DNA of 32,000 nucleotides from Trichlorobacter lovleyi SZ (GTDB lineage: Bacteria; Desulfobacterota; Desulfuromonadia; Geobacterales; Pseudopelobacteraceae), in the NCBI RefSeq assembly GCF_000020385.1, contig NC_010814.1, positions 450,001 to 482,000 of the forward strand, in the 5' to 3' direction. The position numbers were made by a program, and so were the translations under genes. Shown here in pieces: positions 1-9,017 of the stretch (the first letter of the stretch is position 1; each line of letters starts with the position of its first letter). Under the pieces are notes generated by a model that was given only the letters and a program-made list of their open reading frames with translations, did not search any database and was not told the DNA's origin.

Positions 1-177
1 CTCAATTTTGAGTTGAATCTGTCGGTCTATGATCAGCAGTTTGCCGCTGTGCTGAATGAACATTTTGATGCGATTCAGGCCGGTTCATATCTGGTCTCCC
101 TGCAGGAAATGGACTCAAGGCCTTTGGCAATCAAGTTGAGGGACGGCGCAGCGCGACTTTTTACCCCCTATCTGTAA
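1..177 (+). CDS. cls: Cardiolipin synthase (PLD superfamily), C-terminal fragment; 5' end lies outside the window
   Basis: Frame 1 is open from the window edge to TAA at 175-177. It translates LNFELNLSVYDQQF...RLFTPYL, which resembles the conserved C-terminus of bacterial Cls enzymes (LNFE...SPLL-type ending). Confidence 0.55.
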   Translation, partial: LNFELNLSVYDQQFAAVLNEHFDAIQAGSYLVSLQEMDSRPLAIKLRDGAARLFTPYL

Positions 178-204
178 AAAGATCAAAAGACTCTTTTTAT
201 CCTC

Positions 205-233
205 TTGACAGCAGACAGATTGCTTGGTATCAA
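205..233 (+). promoter_or_regulatory. Sigma70-type promoter for the peroxiredoxin gene
   Basis: TTGACA (205-210), 17-nt spacer, TATCAA (228-233) preceded by TGg (extended -10). AAGGAG Shine-Dalgarno at 262-267, ATG at 276. Confidence 0.6.
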
Positions 234-275
234 TTTCATGCAATCAACTACACCATCCCAACAAGGAGAACCACT

Positions 276-872
276 ATGTCAACCTGTACCCTCGTAACCA
301 AGGCTGCTCCTGATTTTACTGCCGATGCCGTTATGGCCGACAACTCATTTGGCCAGGTATCCCTTTCCAGCTACCAAGGCAAGTATGTCTATCTGTTGTT
401 CTATCCTCTGGACTTTACCTTTGTCTGCCCCTCTGAAATCCTGGCCTTCAACAAGAAGCTGGATGAATTCAAACAGCGCAACTGCGAGCTGATCTCGATC
501 TCAATCGATTCCAAATTTACCCACCTGGCCTGGAAAAATACCAAGGTTGAGGACGGCGGGATTGGACAGGTTCAGTTTCCGATGGTTGCAGACCTGAATA
601 AGGAAATCACCAAGGCCTATGGTATCGAGCATTCTGCCAGCGTTGCCCTGCGTGGTCTGTTCCTGATCGATCCGAAAGGTGTTGTACGTCATTGTGTGAT
701 CAACGATCTGCCGCTGGGCCGCAGTGTTGATGAAGCTCTGCGGATGCTGGATGCACTGCAGTTTACCGATACCCATGGCGAAGTCTGCCCGGCTAACTGG
801 AAGCAGGGCGAGGAGGCGATGAAGCCGACCGCAGAAGGCGTTGCCAGCTATCTGGCAAAGCATGCTAAATAA
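276..872 (+). CDS. ahpC: Typical 2-Cys peroxiredoxin (AhpC/Prx1 subfamily)
   Basis: 198-aa ORF with the peroxidatic Cys motif DFTFVCPSEI and the resolving Cys motif GEVCPANW. Strong SD and promoter upstream, terminator downstream. Confidence 0.93.
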   Translation: MSTCTLVTKAAPDFTADAVMADNSFGQVSLSSYQGKYVYLLFYPLDFTFVCPSEILAFNKKLDEFKQRNCELISISIDSKFTHLAWKNTKVEDGGIGQVQFPMVADLNKEITKAYGIEHSASVALRGLFLIDPKGVVRHCVINDLPLGRSVDEALRMLDALQFTDTHGEVCPANWKQGEEAMKPTAEGVASYLAKHAK

Positions 873-903
873 GCATTGCTGACAATCTGTACGAAGCTGT
901 CCA

Positions 904-938
904 ATCGGCGTTACCCTTCAGGTGACGCCGATTTTTTT
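904..938 (+). terminator. Rho-independent terminator after the peroxiredoxin gene
   Basis: Stem ATCGGCGT(904-911)/ACGCCGAT(925-932) followed by a T7 run (932-938). Confidence 0.8.
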
Positions 939-948
939 GATCGATTGG

Positions 949-976
949 ATGACAGGCGTTGATTTACCGGTATACT
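949..976 (+). promoter_or_regulatory. Candidate sigma70 promoter immediately upstream of the PolB-like gene
   Basis: ATGACA (949-954), 16-nt spacer, TATACT (971-976). The ATG at 983 lies 6 nt after the -10 element, so the mRNA would be leaderless or nearly so. Confidence 0.35.
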
Positions 977-982
977 GCAGCT

Positions 983-3106
983 ATGCCGCATTCCGAACTG
1001 CCTCCGCATACTGCGTCAGGAAGCCGAACCACTGTTGACGGCGTGGTTGCACTTGAGCCTGTCGGCCAGTTTTTCCGGGTCTTTGCCCGTAATGAGTTTG
1101 GCGTAACCTTCCGTGATCATCCCTTTCATCCCTTTGTGCTACTGTCAGATCCCGGCCTGGCCGATGCCATAGCTGTCGTAACCAGACGGTATCGCTTACA
1201 AGGCAGTGGCGGACTCTGCTGGCTCGTACAGTTGGACAGCTGGCGTGACTGGTGCCTGCTGCGGGAGTATCTACAGCAACTAAGCAGGCCTGCTGTTTGG
1301 TTCGCCTTTCCGGAAAGCAGCCAGCAATTTTTGGTTGCAAGCGGGATCACCTGTTTTAAAGGCCTAGAACCAAGTGATCTGAAGTTGCTCTGCATTACCG
1401 TTAGCGTCAACCGGGCTGATACGCAGATGCCCGGGCATGGTCAGTGCGGAAACGCGGCAATTACTGCCATAGCAGTCAGCAACGGGACAGATTTTGAAGA
1501 GGTGATCAGCGCTGAGCGGTTGACGGAGTCGGAGATGCTGAGGCGGCTGACCATGATCATCCAGGAGCAGGATCCGGACATCATAACGGGGTATCAGCTG
1601 AGTGAGGATGAGTTGCCATGCCTTGTCAGCCGTGCACGAAGACACGGAGTGCGGCTTGCGTGGGGCAGGAACGGCGCGGAGCCGTGTCTGCAGCATATAC
1701 CGGAACACCATGCCGGCCGGCCGCATTATGACGTCTATGGCCGTACCCTGCTTGATATCCGGGCATTGGTCCGCCAGTATGACCGGCAGGTCCGGCCGCT
1801 GCCGGGCAGCGGGCTGCAACAGGCAGCGGCATGGTTTGGTTGTAGTATGCTGTCAGATGCGGATCAGCATCCTCTCCTGACTGCTGTCAGGGAGACGGTT
1901 GCGCTGTACCAGTTGTTGATGCCTTACTGGTATAGCCAGGCACAGCTGTACCCTGTCAGCCCGCAGGGGGTGTTCGCCCGGTCGTCAGCAGCAGCAGTCA
2001 ATGCGCTGCTGGTGCGTGAATATCTCTTTCAGCGGCATGCGGTGCCGTTTCCGGCTGCTGTATGGATGGCTGCCGAGTCTAATGGCAGTCTGGTGCTGCG
2101 TCGCGGACGACTTGGGCCTGTTGTGCACTGTGAACTTTCTTCATTGGCAGCTGCAATCATGCTGGCCTACCGGATTGCCCCGCATGGAGATGAACTGGGA
2201 ATTTTTCCGGCAGCACTGCATGCCGTGCTGCGACTCTGTTCTGAACAGGCGGAAAGTGTCTTTGGAAGGCAAAAACAGGCCGCATGCCGGTTACTGTTGC
2301 CGGCCTGGTCCGAGCTTCTGGCTCGCGGGCAATACCCGTTTTCAGATCCGGCAGCAGCCGGAGAACTTGAACGCCTCAGGAATGTGCTGGTCAGAGATCT
2401 GCTTGACTGGCTCAGAGAAGAGGGGGCGGAACCGGTGGTAGCTGATCTGCAGGGCATCTACTTTATGCCACCAGCCGGACATGACGGCACCGATGAAATC
2501 AAGATGCTGGCCCGGCGTCTGGACAGGATTCTGCCCCGTGGTGCAGACTTGTACTGTAGCGGCCGCTATCAGGCCATGCTTGTCTACAAGCAGAATAACT
2601 ATGCCTTGCTGGAACAGGGAGGGGAGCTGGTGGTCAGGGGGAGCAGTTTTGTCTCCCGTGCTATGGAGCCGTTTCTCCGGGAGTTTCTTGTGGAGGCCGT
2701 CAGACTGCTGCTGGCCGGTCAAGGGGAGCAGGTTCACCAGTTGTATGAAATGTTTTTGCGGCGTTTAACGAGCCATGCCTGCCCGGTAAGCTGGGTTATG
2801 CGGAGCGAAACCGTACTGGATAGCCGGGAGAACTATCTGCAGGGCATACAGAGCGGAAGACGTAATCGTGCGGCGGTATACGAACTGGCGCTTGCGCGGC
2901 CTGAAACCTGGCGAGTGGGGGACAGGGTTGAGTACTATGTTTCGGGGCATGCAAAAAATGTCGTCGTGCATGAAAGTTGTAGGTTGGTCGCTGACTTTGA
3001 TCCGGCACACCCGGATCTGAATATCCCTTGGTATGCCGAACGGCTGCACCAGCTCTTCAGGCGGCTGGAGCCACTTCTGCCTGCGGAGCCATCCCTGTTT
3101 GGATAA
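983..3106 (+). CDS. Family-B DNA polymerase (PolB/Pol II-like) homologue with degenerate exonuclease and polymerase motifs; probable pseudo-enzyme
   Basis: The ORF track gives 959..3106 with a TTG start; an in-frame ATG at 983 is more likely. Alignable PolB landmarks (aa numbered from 959):
- DPDIITGYQLSEDELPCL (aa 205-222) versus ExoII DPDxIxGYNxxxFDxPYL
- AVNALLVREYLFQRHAVPFP
- CELSSLAAAIM (aa 391-401) at the motif A position (LDFxSLYPSII)
- VVADLQGIYF (aa 493-502) at motif C (YGDTDS)
- YKQNNYAL at the KKRY position
- a thumb-like C-terminus, RVEYYVSGH...DLNIPWYAERL. Confidence 0.7.
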   Translation: MPHSELPPHTASGSRTTVDGVVALEPVGQFFRVFARNEFGVTFRDHPFHPFVLLSDPGLADAIAVVTRRYRLQGSGGLCWLVQLDSWRDWCLLREYLQQLSRPAVWFAFPESSQQFLVASGITCFKGLEPSDLKLLCITVSVNRADTQMPGHGQCGNAAITAIAVSNGTDFEEVISAERLTESEMLRRLTMIIQEQDPDIITGYQLSEDELPCLVSRARRHGVRLAWGRNGAEPCLQHIPEHHAGRPHYDVYGRTLLDIRALVRQYDRQVRPLPGSGLQQAAAWFGCSMLSDADQHPLLTAVRETVALYQLLMPYWYSQAQLYPVSPQGVFARSSAAAVNALLVREYLFQRHAVPFPAAVWMAAESNGSLVLRRGRLGPVVHCELSSLAAAIMLAYRIAPHGDELGIFPAALHAVLRLCSEQAESVFGRQKQAACRLLLPAWSELLARGQYPFSDPAAAGELERLRNVLVRDLLDWLREEGAEPVVADLQGIYFMPPAGHDGTDEIKMLARRLDRILPRGADLYCSGRYQAMLVYKQNNYALLEQGGELVVRGSSFVSRAMEPFLREFLVEAVRLLLAGQGEQVHQLYEMFLRRLTSHACPVSWVMRSETVLDSRENYLQGIQSGRRNRAAVYELALARPETWRVGDRVEYYVSGHAKNVVVHESCRLVADFDPAHPDLNIPWYAERLHQLFRRLEPLLPAEPSLFG

Positions 3107-3140
3107 AAAAAGGCCGCATCCCGGAGGATGCGGCCTTTTT
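3105..3140. terminator. Bidirectional rho-independent terminator between the convergent PolB-like and small-peptide genes
   Basis: 11-bp stem AGGCCGCATCC(3111-3121)/GGATGCGGCCT(3126-3136) with a CGGA loop. It is flanked by A6 (3105-3110) and T5 (3136-3140), so it has a U-tract on both strands. Confidence 0.85.
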
Positions 3141-3159
3141 ACGCTTGGCTAAGAAGCAA

Positions 3160-3381
3160 TTACTTAGCAGGAGCAGCAGCAGGAGCAGCGGCAGGAGCAG
3201 CAGCTTCTTTCTTCTCTGCTTTCTTAGCAGCTTTCTTCTTGGCAACTTTCTTCTTGGCAGGTGCCTTCTCAGCAGCAGGTGCCTTCTCAGCAGGAGCAGC
3301 AGCAGGAGCAGCAGGCTCAGCAGCGAAAGCGAAACCAGCGAAAGCAACAGTTGCGATCAGGGAAGCGATAATCTTTTTCAT
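3160..3381 (-). CDS. Small secreted Ala/Pro/Lys-rich low-complexity protein (73 aa precursor, about 53 aa mature, strongly basic)
   Basis: MKKIIASLIATVAFAGFAFA|AEPAAPAAAPAEKAPAAEKAPAKKKVAKKKAAKKAEKKEAAAPAAAPAAAPAK. AGGAGG lies at 3396-3391, 9 nt upstream of the ATG at 3381. The ORF-track ATG at 3390 abuts the SD and is unlikely to be used. Classic signal peptide with an AFA cleavage site, terminator downstream, sigma54 promoter upstream. Confidence 0.7.
   Translation of the reverse strand: MKKIIASLIATVAFAGFAFAAEPAAPAAAPAEKAPAAEKAPAKKKVAKKKAAKKAEKKEAAAPAAAPAAAPAK
3166..3330. repeat. Low-complexity GCA/GGA/AAG codon-repeat DNA encoding the A/P/K-rich peptide
   Basis: Runs such as gcaggagcagcagcaggagcagcggcaggagcagcagc (about 3167-3204) recur near 3290-3325. 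They generate spurious ORFs in several frames (3028..3423+, 3057..3347-, 3128..3409+). Confidence 0.7.
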
Positions 3382-3420
3382 GGGGTACATCCTCCTAAAG
3401 GAATTTTGATAATTTTGTTA

Positions 3421-3438
3421 TAGCAGTAGTCATGCCAA
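3421..3438 (-). promoter_or_regulatory. Sigma54 (RpoN) -24/-12 promoter for the small secreted peptide gene
   Basis: The minus strand reads TTGGCATGACTACTGCTA. GG is at 3436-3435 and GC at 3424-3423 (exact 12-nt G-to-G spacing), versus consensus TGGCACG-N4-TTGCW. The predicted TSS near 3411 gives a leader of about 30 nt to the ATG at 3381. Confidence 0.6.
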
Positions 3439-3626
3439 GTCTTGTGTTTTATGTTGATTTTAGTAAAGTCAATATGTTGCAAACAAAGATGTCCTTGTGG
3501 CCAATTGCGGGAATAATTTTATGCCCCAAATGAGGTATCCGGTTCTTGATTTGGGTTACTGAGTCCCGCTGTCCGGTTGTGGTGCCTTTACCGGCTATAC
3601 CAAATCTCCAGCAGTGATGGTAACAG

Positions 3627-4508
<882 letters not shown>

Positions 4509-4532
4509 GCTGTTTCTTCCTTTCAATGCGAT

Positions 4533-5546
4533 TTATGCGGGATGGCTGTAGTACGAGCGGAACCATGCAACAAAGCGTGCAATACCGTCCTCCAGCGAGG
4601 TGGCAGGCCTGAAACCGGTCGCGGCAGCCAGCTCATCGATATCGGCAAAGGTGGCAGGCACGTCGCCAGCCTGCATCGGTAGAAAGTTTTTCTGCGCGGT
4701 TATCCCCAGCTGTTGTTCCAGAATCTCTATGAACTGCAACAGCTCAACCGGTTTGTTGTTGCCGATGTTGTAGATTCGATAGGGGGCAAAGCTGGTGCCG
4801 GGATCAGGCTGCGTACCGGACCAGGTTGGGTTTTTCTCTGCAGGTTTTTCAGCTATGCGGACAATACCCTCTACGATGTCATCCACATAGGTAAAATCCC
4901 GCTGCATCCTGCCCCGGTTGAAGATATTGATCGGTCTGCCTTCCAGGATGGCCCTGGTAAAGGAAAAATAGGCCATATCCGGTCTGCCCCAGGGGCCGTA
5001 AACCGTGAACAGCCGCAAGCCGGTAACCGGCAGATTGAAGAGGCTTGCGTAGCTATGGGCCATCAGCTCATTGGCCTTTTTGGTGGCCGCATAGAGAGAA
5101 ACAGGGTGATCGACATTCTGGTGAATGGAAAAGGGGATGGCGGTGTTGGCGCCATAGACCGAACTTGAAGAGGCAAAGACCAGATGTTTGACGCCAGTAT
5201 GACGGCAGCCTTCCAGGATGTTCATAAAGCCGGTCAGGTTGCTGTCAACATAGGCATGGGGGTTCTCAAGCGAGTATCGGACACCGGCCTGGGCTGCCAG
5301 ATGAATAACAATATCGAACTGCTCCACGCTGAACAGTTGTTCCATTGCAGGACGGTCTGCCAGGTCTGCCTGTACAAAGCTGAAGCCGGGGTGGGGCTGT
5401 AGCTGTGCAAGCCGGGCCTGTTTCAGGCTGACATCATAGTAGCTATTCAGATTGTCCAGCCCCAGGACCGCATCGCCCCGTGCCAGCAGGCGCCGGCAGA
5501 GGTGAAAACCGATGAATCCGGCTGCGCCGGTAACAAGAATCCGCAT
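4533..5546 (-). CDS. NAD-dependent epimerase/dehydratase, UDP-glucuronate 4-epimerase-like (extended SDR)
   Basis: MRILVTGAAGFIGFHL (GxxGxxG) and YAATKKANE (YxxxK). The LRLFTVYGPWGRPDMAYFSF block is typical of the CapI/WbnF/LpsL-type epimerases. Confidence 0.88.
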   Translation of the reverse strand: MRILVTGAAGFIGFHLCRRLLARGDAVLGLDNLNSYYDVSLKQARLAQLQPHPGFSFVQADLADRPAMEQLFSVEQFDIVIHLAAQAGVRYSLENPHAYVDSNLTGFMNILEGCRHTGVKHLVFASSSSVYGANTAIPFSIHQNVDHPVSLYAATKKANELMAHSYASLFNLPVTGLRLFTVYGPWGRPDMAYFSFTRAILEGRPINIFNRGRMQRDFTYVDDIVEGIVRIAEKPAEKNPTWSGTQPDPGTSFAPYRIYNIGNNKPVELLQFIEILEQQLGITAQKNFLPMQAGDVPATFADIDELAAATGFRPATSLEDGIARFVAWFRSYYSHPA

Positions 5547-5551
5547 AATGG

Positions 5552-6772
5552 TTACTGCTCCGTTGTGACAGAATAGCCGCGTTTTGCAAGCAGGCCGAGT
5601 ACCTCGTGGGCATGTTCCTGGCCACGGGTCTCCAGTAGCAGCTGTACGGCAGTGGTGCCCATCACCAACCCCTTGGTGCGGCGATCATGGGTGATATCGT
5701 GAATATTGGCTTTGGCCTCTGCCAGATCTGTGGCCAGATGGGCCAGGGCGCCGGGGGTGTCCTGCATCTCAATCCGCAGTTTCAGATAGCGGCCTGCAGC
5801 CAGCAGACCACGTTCCACCACCAGCGCCAGGGTGCGGACATCAATGTTGCCACCGGAAAGCAGGCAGACGGTCTTACCACGGATTCCCTTTGCACGGCCA
5901 TTCAGCAGGGCAGCCAGGGGCACGGCCCCGGCCCCTTCCACCAAAAGCTTGCTTTTTTCCAGCAATGCCACAATTGCCAGGGCAATCTCTTCCTCTTCCA
6001 CCAGCACCAGGTCATCCACCAGGTTTTGGATGATCGGCGTGGTAATCTGACCGGCTTTTTTGACCGCAATACCGTCGGCAATGGTGGTGCCCAGCGGAAC
6101 TTCAGCAATAGCGTTATCATGCACGGCCCGGAACATACAGGGGGCTGCCGCAGATTCAACACCGATGATCCGTACTTGCGGGTTATGCTCCTTGATGGCC
6201 GTTGCAATGCCGGCCAGCAGGCCGCCACCACCAATCGGCACCAGCAGGTTGGCAACATCCGGCAGGTCTTTCAGTATCTCCAGGCCGATGGTACCCTGAC
6301 CAGCCATCACCAGCGGGTCATCAAAGGGATGGATGAATACGGTGCCATGCTGGTTACTGTCTGCCTGGGCCGCTGCAAAGGATTCATCAAAGTTGGCACC
6401 GGTCAGCACCACTTCAGCCCCCAGGTCGCGGGTGGCCTGTACCTTCTGGGGCGGCGTGCTTTCCGGCATGAAGATCTTGGCCGGTACCCCCAACAGGTCG
6501 GCAGCATAGGCCACCCCCTGGGCATGGTTGCCGGCCGAGGCCGCCGTGACCCCCTGAGCCAGCCCGGAACGGTCGCGGGCAGTCATAAAGTTCATGGCGC
6601 CGCGCAGTTTGAAGGCCCCGGTGGTCTGCAGGTTTTCGCACTTGAGCAGCAGGGGATAGCCCAGTTGGCGGCTGAAGTGATTGGAGCTGATCAGCTCTGT
6701 ATGGCGAACCCGTTTGCGCAGACGATCCTGGGCTTCCAGCACCAGCTCATAGTTGAGAGTTATTGATTCCAT
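5552..6772 (-). CDS. ilvA: Threonine ammonia-lyase (threonine dehydratase), short form with a C-terminal ACT-like domain
   Basis: PLP-lysine motif ENLQTTGAFKLRGA and glycine loop GGGGLLAG. 406 aa. The start is 3 nt after the pcrA stop. Confidence 0.92.
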   Translation of the reverse strand: MESITLNYELVLEAQDRLRKRVRHTELISSNHFSRQLGYPLLLKCENLQTTGAFKLRGAMNFMTARDRSGLAQGVTAASAGNHAQGVAYAADLLGVPAKIFMPESTPPQKVQATRDLGAEVVLTGANFDESFAAAQADSNQHGTVFIHPFDDPLVMAGQGTIGLEILKDLPDVANLLVPIGGGGLLAGIATAIKEHNPQVRIIGVESAAAPCMFRAVHDNAIAEVPLGTTIADGIAVKKAGQITTPIIQNLVDDLVLVEEEEIALAIVALLEKSKLLVEGAGAVPLAALLNGRAKGIRGKTVCLLSGGNIDVRTLALVVERGLLAAGRYLKLRIEMQDTPGALAHLATDLAEAKANIHDITHDRRTKGLVMGTTAVQLLLETRGQEHAHEVLGLLAKRGYSVTTEQ

Positions 6773-6775
6773 GGT

Positions 6776-8986
6776 CTACGCCCGCTCCAGTCCGGCAAAT
6801 CTCAGCAGCAGTTTTTTCGGGCCGCAACCGGCAAACCAGACGATTGCCTTCTGGTCATCACCCTTGCCTTCTAGCTTTCGGATGGTGCCCACCCCGAATT
6901 TGGCATGGCGCACCTTGAGCCCGACATAGATACCACTGCCATAGTCATCGCCAGGTTCCGGCACCACCTCTACCTCGGCCATGGCTGAAGCCACTGCAGC
7001 AAGGTTGTGGGAGGGGGCAGGAGAAAAAGAGCTTTTAGGCTGTGCTGATGAGGGCAGTTCAGGGTTGCAGGAGACATGATTGCGCTCCATCAGCTCTGCC
7101 GGGATCTCCTTTAAAAAGCGTGAAGGCAGATTGGCCTGTTCCTGGCCAAAGATCATCCTGCGCCGGGCATACAGCAGATAGAGTCGTTCCCGTGCCCTGG
7201 TCATCCCCACGTAGCAGAGCCTGCGCTCTTCTTCCATGCCGTCCGGGTCATCCAGTGAACGGACATGGGGAAAGAGCCGCTCTTCCATCCCTACCATGAA
7301 GACCGCCTTGTACTCCAGGCCCTTGGCAGCATGCAGGGTCATCAGAGTGACCGAGGGCCTGCCCGCCTCGCCCCGCTCCAGATCAGAGACCAGGGCCACC
7401 TGTTCCAGAAAGTCGGCCAGACCGGCCTCGGGGTTGGCTGTGCTGAATTCCTCCACTGCCGAGACCAGCTGTGCCAGGTTTTCCAGCCGTTCGCTGTCCT
7501 CTTCATCCCGGCTTTCCTTTAAGCGTGCCAGATAACCGGATTCTTCAAGCACTGCCCGTACCAGCTCCGGCATCAGCTGGGTTGCGGCCAGACGGCGGAA
7601 ACGTTGCAGCAGCTCCACAAAGGCGGCCACTTTGCTGCGGGGGCCGGAACCCAGCAGGTTTGAATCCACTGCCCGCTCAAAGGCCTCAAACAGGGTGATC
7701 TGTCCCTGTCTGGCCAGTTCCGCCACCCGTTCCACTGTGGCAGCCCCGATCCCGCGGGGCGGCACATTGATGACCCGCTTCAGCGAGACGTCATCGGACG
7801 GATTCTCCAACAGGCGCAGGTAGGCCAGGGTATCCTTGATCTCAAGCCGGGCATAGAACCGGACACCGCCCACGATATGGTATGGAATCCCTTCGGCGGC
7901 CAGCGCCTCTTCCAACAGGCGGGATTGGGCATTGGTGCGGTAAAAGGCGGCCATCTCCGACAACAACAGCCCGTTACGTTGTAACAGGGCGATCTCTGAT
8001 GAGACAAAACGTGCCTCGGCCCGGTCGGATTCCAGCCGCTCGCAGCGGATCGGTTCACCATCCGGGTTGTCCGTCCAGAGCGTCTTGGCCTTGCGTCCAA
8101 AATTTCTGGCCACCACTGCCCCGGCCGCCTGCAGGATGGTGGGGGTGGAGCGGTAATTCTGCTCCAGGCGGATGACCGTGACCTGGGGAAAATCCTTTTC
8201 AAACTCCAGGATGTTGCGGATATCAGCCCCGCGCCAGGAGTAGATTGACTGGTCATCATCCCCCACGACGCAGAGGTTCTGACGTTCACCAGCCAAAAGC
8301 CGAATCAGGCGGTACTGCACCGGGTTGGTGTCCTGATACTCATCCACCAGCAGCCACTGAAAACGGTGCTGCCAGCGGGATAAAACCTCGGGAAACTGCT
8401 CGAACAGCCGCACGGTCTGCAGGATCATATCGCCAAAATCCAGGGCGTTGCAGCGCTTGAGGCGTTCCTGATAGGCAGCATAGATCCTGATGAACTGCTG
8501 GTTCCAGAGATCCCCCGCCGGCAACTCTTCCGGCAACAGTCCCCGGTTCTTGCAGTCATCAATCCGTGCACCGATCCCGTTTGCCGGATAGCGTTTGTCG
8601 TCCAGATTCAGCTCTTTGATCAGATCCTTCAACAGCCGTTCGCTATCCTTGTCATCGTAGATGGCAAAGGATGACTCATAGCCCAGCTGATGGATATCCT
8701 GGCGTAGAATCCGGCCGCAGGTAGCGTGGAAGGTGGCGATGAGGGGCGTGTCGTGTGAGCCGAGCAGGTGCCGCACCCGTTCGGCCATCTCTTTGGCGGC
8801 CTTATTGGTAAAGGTCACGGCCAGGATGTTCCAGGGGCGGATGCCATGCTCCCGGATCAGGTGGACAATCCGGTGGGTGATCACGCGGGTCTTGCCGGAA
8901 CCGGCACCGGCCAGGATCAGCAGTGGCCCTTCAGTATGCAGCACGGCCTGTTTCTGCGGTGTATTGAGGTGGGCTAATAAATCCAT
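6776..8986 (-). CDS. pcrA: ATP-dependent DNA helicase PcrA/UvrD (SF1A)
   Basis: Motif I GAGSGKTRV, motif II LLVDEYQDTN, TFHATCGRIL, VGMTRARERLYL, and a C-terminal Tudor-like tail GLKVRHAKFGVGTI. Confidence 0.93.
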   Translation of the reverse strand: MDLLAHLNTPQKQAVLHTEGPLLILAGAGSGKTRVITHRIVHLIREHGIRPWNILAVTFTNKAAKEMAERVRHLLGSHDTPLIATFHATCGRILRQDIHQLGYESSFAIYDDKDSERLLKDLIKELNLDDKRYPANGIGARIDDCKNRGLLPEELPAGDLWNQQFIRIYAAYQERLKRCNALDFGDMILQTVRLFEQFPEVLSRWQHRFQWLLVDEYQDTNPVQYRLIRLLAGERQNLCVVGDDDQSIYSWRGADIRNILEFEKDFPQVTVIRLEQNYRSTPTILQAAGAVVARNFGRKAKTLWTDNPDGEPIRCERLESDRAEARFVSSEIALLQRNGLLLSEMAAFYRTNAQSRLLEEALAAEGIPYHIVGGVRFYARLEIKDTLAYLRLLENPSDDVSLKRVINVPPRGIGAATVERVAELARQGQITLFEAFERAVDSNLLGSGPRSKVAAFVELLQRFRRLAATQLMPELVRAVLEESGYLARLKESRDEEDSERLENLAQLVSAVEEFSTANPEAGLADFLEQVALVSDLERGEAGRPSVTLMTLHAAKGLEYKAVFMVGMEERLFPHVRSLDDPDGMEEERRLCYVGMTRARERLYLLYARRRMIFGQEQANLPSRFLKEIPAELMERNHVSCNPELPSSAQPKSSFSPAPSHNLAAVASAMAEVEVVPEPGDDYGSGIYVGLKVRHAKFGVGTIRKLEGKGDDQKAIVWFAGCGPKKLLLRFAGLERA

Positions 8987-9017
8987 ACAGGGGTTGTAGT
9001 ATCGTGTATCTGCAGCG

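Noticed and set aside
3028-3423. Three alternative ORFs over the low-complexity region (3028..3423+, 3057..3347-, 3128..3409+)
   Set aside because: They are generated by trinucleotide-periodic GCA/GGA/AAG DNA. Only the 3160..3381 minus-strand frame has an SD at the right spacing, a signal peptide, a sigma54 promoter and a terminator.
3432-3533. 33-aa plus-strand mini-ORF (MPSLVFYVDFSKV...) in the AT-rich intergenic region
   Set aside because: It has no SD and overlaps the sigma54 promoter on the other strand. It is an AT-rich chance ORF with no supporting signal.
5687-6766. 359-aa ORF on the plus strand
   Set aside because: It is entirely antisense to ilvA, which has clear PLP-enzyme motifs. 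Its product is G/Q/H/R-rich with no recognisable motif, which is the typical shadow ORF of a GC-rich gene.
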